64,000 nt of DNA from an uncultured Chloroflexia bacterium (GTDB lineage Bacteria; Chloroflexota; Limnocylindria; Limnocylindrales; CSP1-4), in the NCBI GenBank assembly GCA_963821595.1, contig CAWGEL010000019.1, positions 25,566-89,565 of the forward strand, read 5' to 3'. Below are positions 9,970 through 25,675 of the stretch, piece after piece. Both the position numbers and the translations under genes were made by a program. The notes under the pieces were generated by a model. It did not search any database. It saw nothing but the letters and a program-made list of their open reading frames with translations, and was not told the origin of the DNA. How positions within the stretch are numbered: the first letter of the stretch is position 1; each line of letters starts with the position of its first letter.

Positions 9970-10075
9970 GCGCGTTTACGGGGGCCGGCTCCCCACGCGC
10001 TCGCTCGGAACGGATGCCGAGGGGCGCCGCGGTCGCCGCAGAGGACGCCGTTGCCTCGCGACGTACTGCCGTTCC

Positions 10076-10091
10076 TGTTTCACGTGAAACA
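10076..10091. promoter_or_regulatory. parS: parS site, perfect consensus
   Basis: TGTTTCACGTGAAACA, identical to the widespread 16-bp parS consensus. Confidence 0.95.
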
Positions 10092-10254
10092 GCGTCGTTG
10101 TCGGACCCGGCGCCGTAACGGCGAGCAAAGGACCGCGTGGGACGATTGCGGCGCTCGCCGAAGCGCTCAGTCCCGCGACCGCATGGCTGCGGCGAGGCCC
10201 AGGAGCCCCGTTTTGGTAGACTTCACGTGTGATCCCCGAGGTACATGGCCGCTG

Positions 10255-11159
10255 ATGGGCCAGACAATCGCGTGCGCCAATCAGAAGGGTGGCGTGGGCA
10301 AAACCACGACCGTCGTGAACCTGGCGGCATACCTGGCGGCCGATCACGAACGGGTCCTGGTCGTCGATCTCGACCCCCAGGGCAACGCCACCAGTGGGCT
10401 GGGAATCGAACGCGCTTCTGATGGCGGGTCCGTCTATGACGCGCTCCTTGGACGAACGCCGCTCTCGGAGCTGATCGTCCCCGTCCCGGATGCTGGCATC
10501 GACCTCGTCCCGTCGAGCATCGCCCTGGCTGGCGCCGAGGTGGAGCTTGCCGGTGTACCGGCGCGAGAGCGTCGCCTTGCCCGTGCGCTGGCGGGCATGG
10601 ATGATCGCTACGACTACGTACTCCTCGACTGCCCGCCGTCGCTTGGCCTTCTGACCGTGAACGCCCTCACGGCCGCCGCGTCCGTGCTCGTGCCCATGCA
10701 GTGCGAGTACTACGCCCTCGAAGGCCTGAGCCAGTTGATCGCGACGATCCACCTCGTACGCGATCACCTGAACCCAGCGCTTGCAGTGAAGGGCGTGATC
10801 CTCACCATGTACGACGCCCGGACGAACCTGTCGGCCGAGGTCGCGAGTGAGGTTCGACGCCACCTCGGGTCGGCCGTCTTCGACACGGTCATTCCCCGCT
10901 CGGTCAGGCTCGCTGAGGCACCCAGCTACGGCCAGTCGGTCATTCGGTATGCGCCGGACAGCCGGGGCGCCGACGCCTATCGGGCTGTCGCAACTGAGCT
11001 GCGCCGGCGCGACGGGCGACCCGCAGCAGCCGCGAACGGAGCCGGAGCCCGCGCCCGGGATGGTGCGGAGGCTTCGAGCCCGGTCGCGGCAGCCGGCGGC
11101 CTGGAGGCTGTCATGGTCGTCCCGGCGCTCGAACCTGACCCGGCAGCGGCGGCTCCGCG

Positions 11160-11163
<4 letters not shown>
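10255..11163 (+). CDS. parA: Chromosome partitioning ATPase ParA/Soj
   Basis: NQKGGVGKTT, DLDPQGNAT, DCPPSLG, QCEYYALEG, IPRSVRLAEAPSYG. Confidence 0.96.
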
Positions 11164-13996
<2,833 letters not shown>

Positions 13997-13997
13997 C

Positions 13998-14531
13998 GTG
14001 ACGACGCCGTCCGGCCGCTTCGAGGTGACGCCGCATCGCTGCTTCGCGTGCGGCGAGCTGAACGAGCGCGGGCTCCGCCTCCAGCTCCACGTCGCCGGGG
14101 ACACGTGCTGGGCGGATCTCGTGCTCGACGAAGACTTCCAGGGCTGGGACGGGATCGCCCACGGCGGCATCATCGCCACGATCCTCGACGAGGTCATGGG
14201 CTGGGCCCTGGCCAGCGCGGACGCCTGGGGCTTCACCGCCCGGATGACGATCGAATACAAGCGCCCGCTTCCGGTGGGTGCCTCAGTCCGTGGCGAGGGT
14301 CGCCTCGTCGAGCGGCGCCGGCGCCTCCTGACGACGAGCGGGCGCCTGGTCGACGCGGTCACGGGCGAGGTCTACGCCACGGCCGAGGCCCTGTACGTCG
14401 CTGCGCCCGAGGAACGCCGTCGGGTCCTCAAGGAGCGGTACGGCTTCCGCCTCGTGCCGGACGAGCCTTCGCCCGCGGCGCCGGTCGTGCGTGCCGGTTC
14501 CGCGCCTGCCGGCCGGGGGGACGCGCGATGA
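13998..14531 (+). CDS. PaaI-family thioesterase (hotdog fold)
   Basis: CFACGELN..GL, FQGWDGIAHGGIIATILDE. Confidence 0.88.
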   Translation: MTTPSGRFEVTPHRCFACGELNERGLRLQLHVAGDTCWADLVLDEDFQGWDGIAHGGIIATILDEVMGWALASADAWGFTARMTIEYKRPLPVGASVRGEGRLVERRRRLLTTSGRLVDAVTGEVYATAEALYVAAPEERRRVLKERYGFRLVPDEPSPAAPVVRAGSAPAGRGDAR

Positions 14532-14731
14532 GCACGACGGCTGCGGTGAGCCCGGCGACGGCAGCTTCGGAGGCCTTCGTCGAAGCGCACCTTCGCGGCG
14601 CACGCGGGCCCGGTGCAGCGGCCGCCACCGTGTTCGACGAGGTGGCGTGCCTCCGGGTCGAGCGCCGCGACTGCATCACAGCTCACGCCGCCCAGGCCGC
14701 CACTGACCCGACTCGGAGCTCCGAACCGTGA
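14528..14731 (+). CDS. 67-aa ORF bridging the thioesterase and gyrA (possible gene remnant)
   Basis: ATGA overlap with the upstream stop and GTGA overlap with the gyrA start; [22 protein letters not shown]... Confidence 0.5.
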   Translation: MSTTAAVSPATAASEAFVEAHLRGARGPGAAAATVFDEVACLRVERRDCITAHAAQAATDPTRSSEP

Positions 14732-17292
14732 CCGACAACCTCGGCGACATCCGGACGGTCCGCATCGAGGACGAGATGCGGACCTCGTACCTCGACTACG
14801 CGATGAGCGTGATCGTGTCCCGCGCACTGCCCGATGTGCGGGACGGCCTCAAGCCGGTCCATCGCCGCATCCTCTTCACGATGGGGGAGATGGGCCTCAC
14901 GTCCAACGCCTCCTATCGGAAGTGCGCGGCGATCGTCGGCGAGGTGATGGGCAAGTACCACCCACACGGCGACGTGGCTCTGTACGACGCCCTCGTGCGG
15001 CTGGCCCAGGACTTCTCGATGCGCTATCCGCTGGTCGACGGGCAGGGCAACTTCGGTTCGGTCGATGGCGACCAGGCCGCGGCGATGCGGTACACGGAAG
15101 CGCGCCTGACCGCGATCGCCGCCGAGATGCTCGCCGACATCGACCGGGACACCGTCGACTTCGTCGAGAACTACGACGGCACCCAGAAGCAGCCGTCCGT
15201 CCTGCCTGCCAGGCTGCCGAACCTCCTCGTGAACGGCAGCTCGGGGATCGCCGTCGGGATGGCCACCAACATCCCGCCCCACCACCTGGGCGAGATCGTC
15301 GACGCGACGATCGCGCTCATCGACGATCCCGACCTGACCACGGACGATCTGTGCGGCCATGTGAAGGGCCCCGACTTCCCCACGGCCGCCTCGATCTACC
15401 GCTTCGAGACCCGCCGCAACCCGATGACCGGCATCACCGAGACGCTCGACGCCATCCGCGAGATGTACGCCCACGGCCATGGCCGCGTCGTGATGCGGGC
15501 GACCGTGGCGTTCGAGGAGGCCCGCCGCGACCGCGTCGCGATCATCGTCACGGAGCTGCCCTACCAGGTGAACAAGGCCACCCTCCTCGAGAAGATCGCG
15601 GAGCTGGTGAAGGACAAGCGGATCGACGGCATCGCCGACCTGCGCGACGAGTCGGACCGCGACGGCATGCGCATCTACATCGAGATCAAGAACAACGCCA
15701 ACCCGCACACCGTGCTCAACAACCTGTTCAAGCACACGCCGATGCAGCTGGCGTTCAACCTGAACCTGCTCGCCCTGGTCGACGGCCAGCCGCAGACGCT
15801 GCCCCTCAAGTCGGTCCTGCAACACCACGTCGACCATCGCCGGGAGATCGTCCGGCGGCGCACCGAGTACGACCTCGGCAAGGCCCGCGAGCGAGCCCAC
15901 ATCCTCGAAGGCCTCAAGATCGCGCTCGACCACCTGGACGCGGTCATCCAGACGATCCGTGAGTCGGCCGACGTCGAGACAGCCCGTCGCAACCTCATGG
16001 AGCGCTTCACGCTCACCGAGGTCCAGGCCCAGGCGATCCTCGACATGCGCCTGGCGCGCCTGGCCGCCCTTGAGCGCAAGAAGATCGAGGACGAGTACCT
16101 CGCCGTCATCCAGCTCATCGCCGAGCTGGAGGACATCCTGGCGAACCCGGGCCGCGTCCTCTCGATCATCAAGGACGAGCTCACCGAGCTGAAGCGCAAG
16201 TACGCGGGCCAGCGCCGGACCCGGGTCATCGACGATTCGACCCGTGAGCTGACCGACGAAGACCTCATCGCCGACGAGGACGTGGTGGTCACCATCAGCC
16301 GGCGCGGCTACATCAAGCGTCAGCCGGTGGCGACGTACCGCCGCCAGGGCCGCGGCGGGAAGGGGATCATCGGCCACGTCACCCGCGAAGAGGACGCCGT
16401 CGACAGCCTCCTCGTCGCCAACACGCACGACTGGGCCCTCTTCTTCACGAACCGCGGCCGCGTGTTCTCGGCCAAGGTGCACTCCGTGCCGGACGCGAGC
16501 CGCCAGGCGAAGGGGATCCCGATCATCAACCTGCCGGGCGTGCAGGTGGAAGGCGGCGAGGTGCCGACGGCCACGGTCGTGCTCCCGGACTTCAAGCCGG
16601 GCAGCTACCTGGTGATGGCCACCCGGAAGGGCACGATCAAGAAGACGCCCCTCGAGCAGTTCGAGAAGGTCCGCTCGTCCGGGATCCGCGCGATCACGCT
16701 CGCCGACGCCGACGAGCTGGCCTGGGTTGACGTCGCGACCGGCAGCGACGACGTCATCATCGCCACCGCCCAGGGCAAGCTCGCCCGGTTCGAGGAGAGC
16801 GAGGTCCGGGCCATGGGTCGCGATGCGGCCGGCGTCATCGGGATCCGTCTCGCCCGCGCGGGCGACGAGGTCGTGGCCATGAGCGTCGTCCAGCCCGGGA
16901 CTGACCTGCTGGTGCTGACCGAGACGGGTTATGGCAAGCGGGTGGCGCTGCGCGAGTTCCGCCGCAAGCACCGCGGCGGGCAGGGCGTCATGCTGATCCC
17001 GCTCGAGGGCCGCAAGACCGGCCGGGTCGCGGCCGTCCAGCAGGTGACCGAGGCCGACGAGGAGTTGCTCCTCATCTCCGCCGGGGGGCAGGTGGTCCGG
17101 ACGGAGACGCGGACGATCAACCGCTACTCGTCCGGCGCGCGAGGCGTGATCACGATGCGCCTCAACGAGGGCGACAAGGTCGTGGGTATCGCGGCCTTCC
17201 GGGAAGGACTGGCGGAGCGCGACGGCGTGGGCGACAATGACGGCCCCGCCGGCACCCCGCCCGATCCGGGAAGCGGGCCGGCGCCCCGGTGA
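14728..17292 (+). CDS. gyrA: DNA gyrase subunit A
   Basis: [25 protein letters not shown] catalytic Tyr, GyrA-box [10 protein letters not shown]. Confidence 0.97.
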   Translation: MTDNLGDIRTVRIEDEMRTSYLDYAMSVIVSRALPDVRDGLKPVHRRILFTMGEMGLTSNASYRKCAAIVGEVMGKYHPHGDVALYDALVRLAQDFSMRYPLVDGQGNFGSVDGDQAAAMRYTEARLTAIAAEMLADIDRDTVDFVENYDGTQKQPSVLPARLPNLLVNGSSGIAVGMATNIPPHHLGEIVDATIALIDDPDLTTDDLCGHVKGPDFPTAASIYRFETRRNPMTGITETLDAIREMYAHGHGRVVMRATVAFEEARRDRVAIIVTELPYQVNKATLLEKIAELVKDKRIDGIADLRDESDRDGMRIYIEIKNNANPHTVLNNLFKHTPMQLAFNLNLLALVDGQPQTLPLKSVLQHHVDHRREIVRRRTEYDLGKARERAHILEGLKIALDHLDAVIQTIRESADVETARRNLMERFTLTEVQAQAILDMRLARLAALERKKIEDEYLAVIQLIAELEDILANPGRVLSIIKDELTELKRKYAGQRRTRVIDDSTRELTDEDLIADEDVVVTISRRGYIKRQPVATYRRQGRGGKGIIGHVTREEDAVDSLLVANTHDWALFFTNRGRVFSAKVHSVPDASRQAKGIPIINLPGVQVEGGEVPTATVVLPDFKPGSYLVMATRKGTIKKTPLEQFEKVRSSGIRAITLADADELAWVDVATGSDDVIIATAQGKLARFEESEVRAMGRDAAGVIGIRLARAGDEVVAMSVVQPGTDLLVLTETGYGKRVALREFRRKHRGGQGVMLIPLEGRKTGRVAAVQQVTEADEELLLISAGGQVVRTETRTINRYSSGARGVITMRLNEGDKVVGIAAFREGLAERDGVGDNDGPAGTPPDPGSGPAPR

Positions 17293-18473
17293 CGCGCCTC
17301 GCCGAGGAGGAGAAGCGGGTGTATTCGGACCTGTTCGACGTCTACACCGGCAACGCCAACCGCGGCCTGGCCGGGAAGATCTGCCGCTATCTCGGCAAGC
17401 CGCTCGGGCAGGCCGAGGTCTTCGCGTTTGCCAACGAGAACATCTTCGTCAAGATCCTCGACAACGTCCGCGAGAAGGACGTCTTCCTGGTCCAGCCCAC
17501 GAACCGGCCGGTCAACACGTCGATCATGGAGCTGCTGATCATGATCGACGCCTTCAAACGGGCGTCGGCCGGGCGGATCACGGCGGTCATCCCGTACTAC
17601 GCGTACGGCCGGTCCGACAAGAAGGACCAGCCGCGGGTCCCCATCACTGCCCGCCTGGTCGCCGACATGATCACGGTCGCCGGCGCGGACCGGGTCCTGA
17701 CCATGGATCTCCACCAGGGCCAGATCCAGGGCTTCTTCAACATCCCGGTCGACGAACTGACTGCGGTGCACCTCCTCTCCAACTACTTCCGCCAGAAGGA
17801 GCTCGACGACCTGGTGGTCGTGACCGACCTCGGTTTCGCCAAGCGGGCGCGGACGTTTGCAGAACTCCTGGACGCCCCGCTGGCGATCATCGAGAAGCGC
17901 CGCGTCGGCAACCTGGACCAGGCCGAGGTCCTCAACGTGATCGGCGACGTCCGCGGCCGGCAGGCGATCATCGTGGACGACGAGATCGACACCGCCGGCA
18001 CGCTGATGGAAGTCGTCCGCGCCCTGAATCGCGAGGGCGTGTCGGACATCTATGCCTGCGCCACCCACGGCGTGCTGTCCGATCCGGCGATCGAGCGGAT
18101 CGCCGAGTCGGGGATCCATGAGATCGTCCTGACCGACACGGTCCCGCTCCCGCCGGCGAAGCGCCTCGGCTTCATCACGACGCTCTCCGTCGCGCCCCTC
18201 ATCGGCCAGGCGATCCGGCGCATCCACCGCGGTGAGTCCGTCGGCGCGCTCTTCTCCAGCGAGGTGTCGCTCACGCAGGAGCTGATGTTCTGGCAGGACG
18301 GGGTCCAGGCCACGGTGGACTCCCGCACGGGCGAGCATCTCGGGATCGATCACGTCACCGCGGGCCATGCGCCGCACCCGGCGGACGCGGGCGGCGGCGA
18401 GGCCGGCGGCGGTTCCACTGACTCCGTCGGCGCACCTCCGGCAACGATCCCGACAGCGATGGACGACCGATGA
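17289..18473 (+). CDS. prs: Ribose-phosphate pyrophosphokinase
   Basis: [34 protein letters not shown]; low-complexity C-terminal tail. Alternative start GTG 17319. Confidence 0.95.
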   Translation: MTRLAEEEKRVYSDLFDVYTGNANRGLAGKICRYLGKPLGQAEVFAFANENIFVKILDNVREKDVFLVQPTNRPVNTSIMELLIMIDAFKRASAGRITAVIPYYAYGRSDKKDQPRVPITARLVADMITVAGADRVLTMDLHQGQIQGFFNIPVDELTAVHLLSNYFRQKELDDLVVVTDLGFAKRARTFAELLDAPLAIIEKRRVGNLDQAEVLNVIGDVRGRQAIIVDDEIDTAGTLMEVVRALNREGVSDIYACATHGVLSDPAIERIAESGIHEIVLTDTVPLPPAKRLGFITTLSVAPLIGQAIRRIHRGESVGALFSSEVSLTQELMFWQDGVQATVDSRTGEHLGIDHVTAGHAPHPADAGGGEAGGGSTDSVGAPPATIPTAMDDR

Positions 18474-18706
18474 CGCTCCAACTGCACAAGCCCGACGGCG
18501 AAGGCGGTCTGACGACACGGACCGACGCCCCGAAGGACTGGCGGACGCAGCTGCGCTCGACGCGATGGCGGCCGGCGCGACTTGCCAACCCGGAGATGAA
18601 CCCCACGCGGGCGTCCGTGGCGGTCGTGTTCTGGCTGGCGCTGGGAGTCCTGACGTTCGTGCTCCTGGTCGCCGGCTACGGCTCCCACTTCTGGGTCTGG
18701 AAGTGA
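18470..18706 (+). CDS. Small hypothetical protein with a C-terminal TM helix
   Basis: ATGA-coupled to prs; VAVVFWLALGVLTFVLLVAGY segment. Confidence 0.7.
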   Translation: MTLQLHKPDGEGGLTTRTDAPKDWRTQLRSTRWRPARLANPEMNPTRASVAVVFWLALGVLTFVLLVAGYGSHFWVWK

Positions 18707-18905
18707 CCAGGGACTGAGCTCGGTGCGGGTCAAGCCCCACCGCGGGCTGGTCGCCCCGAGGGGCTCACGCTCCCGCAGGGGACCGAAGCTCGGCTGAGTT
18801 CGGGCAGCTGGCCACGCAGTCCAGACCGGGACCCACGGCAGCCCGGGGGCGTCGCACAGGGTGGGCGGCCGCCCACCCAGGTCCCGACGCCTATACTCAG
18901 GCGCC

Positions 18906-21893
<2,988 letters not shown>

Positions 21894-21978
21894 GCCCGCG
21901 CCCGATGCATGCGCTCGTGAGCCCGCGCCCGGGCCCGGCCCCGCGGCTGGCGGATCGGCCCGCGGCGGACCCGTGGGC

Positions 21979-22623
21979 GTGACCCAGCGCCCGGCCCGCT
22001 CGTTGGTTCGTGAGCTCGCGATCGTGGGACTGGCAGGCACCGTCTGCATCGCCCTCGTGGGCGGCGCCACGACGGCCCGGATCTGGCAGCGCGGCCAGGT
22101 GGACGAAACGCGGCCGGTCGACGCCATCGTGGTCCTCGGCGCCGCCCAGTACGACGGACGGCCTTCGGGCGTGCTGGCCGCGCGCCTCGACCACGCGGTT
22201 CGCCTCTGGCAGGCGGGCAACGCGCCATTCCTGGTGCTGACGGGCGGCAACCGTGAGGGCGACCGGACGACCGAGGCCGCGGTCGGGCGTGGTTACGCGC
22301 TTGGGCGCGGCGTGCCCGCGAGCGCGCTGCTGTCGGAGAACCACGGCAGTTCGACGCTCGAATTGCTGCAGGCAGTGGCCGAGATCATGCGCGAGCACGG
22401 CCTCCGGAGCGCTCTCTTCGTTTCGGACCGGACGCACATGCTGCGCGTCATCCGGATCGCGAAGGACCTTGGGATCGAGGCCTACGGCTCCCCGACGCCG
22501 TCGAGTCCCACCGACGCGGACCCGGGACGCGCGTTCGAGGCCACGCTCCACGAGCTCGGCGGCCTGGCCTGGTACGAGCTGTTCGGGACGTCCGGCCCGG
22601 AAGCGGTCGAACCGGGCGCCTGA
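21979..22623 (+). CDS. YdcF/DUF218 family protein
   Basis: DAIVVLGAAQY, LVLTGG, TEA, VSDRTHMLR. Confidence 0.85.
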   Translation: MTQRPARSLVRELAIVGLAGTVCIALVGGATTARIWQRGQVDETRPVDAIVVLGAAQYDGRPSGVLAARLDHAVRLWQAGNAPFLVLTGGNREGDRTTEAAVGRGYALGRGVPASALLSENHGSSTLELLQAVAEIMREHGLRSALFVSDRTHMLRVIRIAKDLGIEAYGSPTPSSPTDADPGRAFEATLHELGGLAWYELFGTSGPEAVEPGA

Positions 22624-22695
22624 GGCCGGGCGCCTGAGGCCGGGCGCCTGAGGCCGGGCGCCTGAGGCCGGGCGCCTGAGGCCGGGCGCCTGAGG
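22612..22695. repeat. Perfect 14-bp tandem repeat x6
   Basis: (CCGGGCGCCTGAGG)6; the first unit contains the YdcF stop codon. Confidence 0.95.
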
Positions 22696-22814
22696 CTCGT
22701 TGTCGCCCGTGCCCGAGGCTCAAACCGGGCGCTCGGGGCCGCCGGGCGCTCGGGGCTCGCGCGCCTCCTTCCGGCCCCGGTTCGGGCGGCGATCGCGCCT
22801 CAGAAATCACCCTC

Positions 22815-22843
22815 TTGGCCGCTGCGCGATTGTTCCGTATACT
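22815..22843 (+). promoter_or_regulatory. sigma70-type promoter for the Cys-rich ORF-prfB unit
   Basis: TTGGCC-N17-TATACT. Confidence 0.55.
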
Positions 22844-22932
22844 CGGGTCAATCTACCTGCCCGCGCCGACGTCTGCCCAGTCCCACACCGTCGGCGGTCC
22901 GGGCGTCACTTGGCATTTTGCGAGAGGGAGTG

Positions 22933-23157
22933 GTGAAGCAGGCCCAGGACGCAGCGTTCGTCGACCTGATTGCGTGCGAGCGAGACTGCCGGACGTGCAG
23001 CTACGCAGCCGCTCTCGACTGCGACGGCAACTGCGGCATCTGCCCCCACAACGGATACTGCCCCTGCGTGAACCCCGTCGTCGCCCGCAGCAAGACGGCC
23101 CTTCGGCTGATCGAGCTGCGGCCGATCCTCCTCCAGGACGTGCGGGGCCGGGTCTGA
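22933..23157 (+). CDS. Cys-rich microprotein (8 Cys, two CxxxCxxC motifs)
   Basis: GAGAGGGAG RBS; CERDCRTC-x7-CDGNCGIC-x5-CPC; TGATG overlap with the prfB start. Confidence 0.8.
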   Translation: MKQAQDAAFVDLIACERDCRTCSYAAALDCDGNCGICPHNGYCPCVNPVVARSKTALRLIELRPILLQDVRGRV

Positions 23158-24294
23158 TGGACCGGTCCGAGCTGCACGATCTGGCCGAGCGGATCCGGGC
23201 GACCTCGGGGAGGCTTTGACCTCCCATCACGTGAGGCGCGCGTCGCCGAACTCGACGCTCTGACTTCCGCGCCCTCCTTCTGGGACGATCAGCGAGCAGC
23301 CAAGCGGCTCCTTCGCGAGGCCGACTCCCTGCGCGAGGAGATCGGCCTGTGGCGCGATCTCGAAAGCCGCGCCGCCGCTCTCGAGGAGCTGGCCGACCTC
23401 GCCGCGGAGGCCGAGGACGCCGACCTGATCTCCGAGATCGATCGTGACGCGGGCGCCCTGGCGACGGCCTTCGCGCGCGAGCGGACGTCGCTCCTCTTCT
23501 CGGGCGAGTACGACGAGCGCGGCGCGATGCTCTCGATCAGCGCCGGCGCCGGCGGGACCGAGGCCACCGACTGGGCCGAGATGCTCCTCCGGATGTACCT
23601 CCGATGGGCAGAGCGACACCGCTTCCCCACGCAGGTCATGGACGAGACCGAGGGCGAGCAGACGGGCCTCAAGAGCGTGACGATCGCCGTGGACGGCCGG
23701 CGCGTCTACGGTTGGCTTCGCGCCGAGCGCGGCGTCCATCGGCTGGTCCGGATCAGCCCGTATGACTCGCAGAAGCGGCGCCAGACGACGTTCGCCCTCG
23801 TGGAGGTCATGCCCGAAGTCGAGGACGAAGGCGAGGTCGAACTGAACTGGGACGAGATCCGGGTGGAGAACTACCGCTCCTCGGGGGCCGGCGGCCAGCA
23901 CGTCCAGAAGACCAACTCGGCGGTCCGGCTGACGCACGTACCGACCGGGATCGTCGTGACCTGCCAGAACGAGCGCTCGCAGACCCAGAACCGGGAGATG
24001 GCATCCAAGGTCCTGGCCGCCCGCCTCCTGGAGCGCCGCCTGGAGGAGAAGGAGGCCGAACTGCGCCGCCTCAAGGGCGAACACGTGGAAGCTGGCTGGG
24101 GCAACCAGATCCGCTCGTACGTGCTCCACCCCTACCAGATGGTCAAGGACCACCGAACCGAGGTGGAGACCTCGAACACGGGCGCAGTGCTCGACGGTGA
24201 CCTGGACGTGTTCATGGCCGCCGAGCTCGAGCGTGAGGCGACCGGAGCGCCGATCGGCAGTACGGGCGAGCCCGGCGCGCCGGGACCCGCCTGA
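23157..24294 (+). CDS. prfB: Peptide chain release factor 2 (programmed +1 frameshift)
   Basis: ATG 23157, GGGGAGG-CTT-TGA-C at 23207-23220; the +1 frame gives DLPSRE...FWDD, GGTEA.DWA.ML.RMY, SPY, GAGGQHV. Confidence 0.97.
23207..23220 (+). other. RF2 autoregulatory +1 frameshift cassette
   Basis: Internal SD-like run followed by CTTTGAC. Confidence 0.95.
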
Positions 24295-24302
24295 GTCGCG
24301 TC

Positions 24303-25313
24303 ATGTCGACGATGCCCGAGCCGCGCTCACGCGCCCATGCGCCGCGCGACCTCGCCTTCCGGCAGGCGGGTCCGGAGGACCTGCCGGCTTGCGGCGAGGT
24401 CTGGCGGGCCGCCCTGACCGACTACGGGCTTCGAGTGGGTCGTCCGCCCTTGCCACCGAGCTTCGGCCCGCTGCTGGAGCTGCTCGCCCACGTCCGCTCC
24501 ACGGACCCCGAGCGGTTCGTGGTGGCGACACGGCCGGGTTCGGCGGGCGAGGAGACGACCGCCTTCGGTGCCGCCGTGCGGCGCGGCCCGGTCTGGTTCC
24601 TGTCCATGCTGTTCGTGCTGCCTGAGCTCCAGGGAATCGGCGTCGGTCGGACGATCCTGGAGATGGTCCTTCCCGGGCCCGGCGATGACCTCACGCTGGC
24701 GACCTGCACCGACAGTGCGCAGCCCATCTCCAACGCGCTCTACAGCCGCTACGGCATCGTGCCGCGGCAGCCGGTCGTCGAGCTCGTCGGCACGCCGGAT
24801 CCGGCCCGCATGCCGGACCTGCCGGTCGGGATCCGGGCCGTCGCCCTGGGGGGCCAGGCGTCCCGGGCACTGCCCGGCGAGGGAGCTTCGGGAGGACCGG
24901 TGGATGCGCCCCTCGTCGAGGGGGCCGGGGCGATCGACGCCATCGATCGGGAGACGCTCGGCTACGCCCATCCCGAGGATCATGCGTATCTCGCGCGGTC
25001 GGGCCGCCGCGGGTTCCTCTACGAGGACGCGACGGGGACGGCGCTCGGTTACGGCTACGTCGCACCGAGCGGCCGGCTCGGGCCGGTCGCGGTGCTCGAC
25101 GCATCCCTCATGCCGGCCGCCTTCGGCCACCTCGTGCGAGCGGTCAGGCCGGCCGGCGCGTTCTCGGCCTGGATGCCGGGTGCTGCCGGCGAGGCCATGC
25201 GGGTCCTGCTCCAGGCCGGCATGCGGATCGAGGACTTTCCGGCACTCCTGTGCTGGGATCGCCCGTTCGGCGATTTCGGACGCTACGTGCCGATCACGCT
25301 CGCGGTGCTCTGA
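24303..25313 (+). CDS. GNAT-family N-acetyltransferase
   Basis: LFVLPELQGIGVGR acetyl-CoA motif, NALYSRYG. Confidence 0.82.
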   Translation: MSTMPEPRSRAHAPRDLAFRQAGPEDLPACGEVWRAALTDYGLRVGRPPLPPSFGPLLELLAHVRSTDPERFVVATRPGSAGEETTAFGAAVRRGPVWFLSMLFVLPELQGIGVGRTILEMVLPGPGDDLTLATCTDSAQPISNALYSRYGIVPRQPVVELVGTPDPARMPDLPVGIRAVALGGQASRALPGEGASGGPVDAPLVEGAGAIDAIDRETLGYAHPEDHAYLARSGRRGFLYEDATGTALGYGYVAPSGRLGPVAVLDASLMPAAFGHLVRAVRPAGAFSAWMPGAAGEAMRVLLQAGMRIEDFPALLCWDRPFGDFGRYVPITLAVL

Positions 25314-25324
25314 GGCGGGGAACG

Positions 25325-25461
25325 CCGTGCCGGGCCGCGCCGGCCGCGCCGGGCCGCGCCGGGCCGCGCCGGGCCGTGCCGGGCCGCGCCGGCCGTGCCG
25401 CTCGTGCCGGCCATGCCGGGCCGTGCCGGGCCGGGCCGTGCCGCTCGTGCCGGCCATGCCG
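25325..25461. repeat. GC-rich degenerate ~10-bp tandem repeat
   Basis: Runs of GCCGGGCCGY, plus two copies of GGCCGTGCCGCTCGTGCCGGCCATGCCG. Confidence 0.85.
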
Positions 25462-25675
25462 CAGAGTCCCACCTGACTCATCGTCGGACGTTCGAGCGTG
25501 TGCCACGGGCCGCAACCGTGGTTCTGGCCCTGTCGGCGCGATCGCCACGGGCGGTCGACCCAACATCGAGTCGAGGGTGACTCATCGCGCGCGGCCGTGG
25601 CGCAGACCCCGATCTCCTGCCCTGACCCGGGCGAGCCGACAGGATCGGGCGGGCGGTGGTAGCCTCGCCGGGATC

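Noticed and set aside
10217-10235. Third parS-like sequence (CTTCACGTGTG)
   Set aside because: Only part of the palindrome matches; it overlaps a likely TAGACT -10 box.
8542-10254. Possible oriC at the strand switch near parS
   Set aside because: No DnaA-box cluster or AT-rich unwinding element seen, and no dnaA.
22612-22695. Tandem repeats as a possible CRISPR array (also 25325 and 34049)
   Set aside because: Contiguous 10-14-bp units with no unique spacers and no cas genes.
22933-23157. Cys-rich ORF as a RiPP (ranthipeptide/SCIFF) precursor
   Set aside because: No radical SAM/SPASM maturase or transporter nearby; the Cys cluster is central rather than a C-terminal core.
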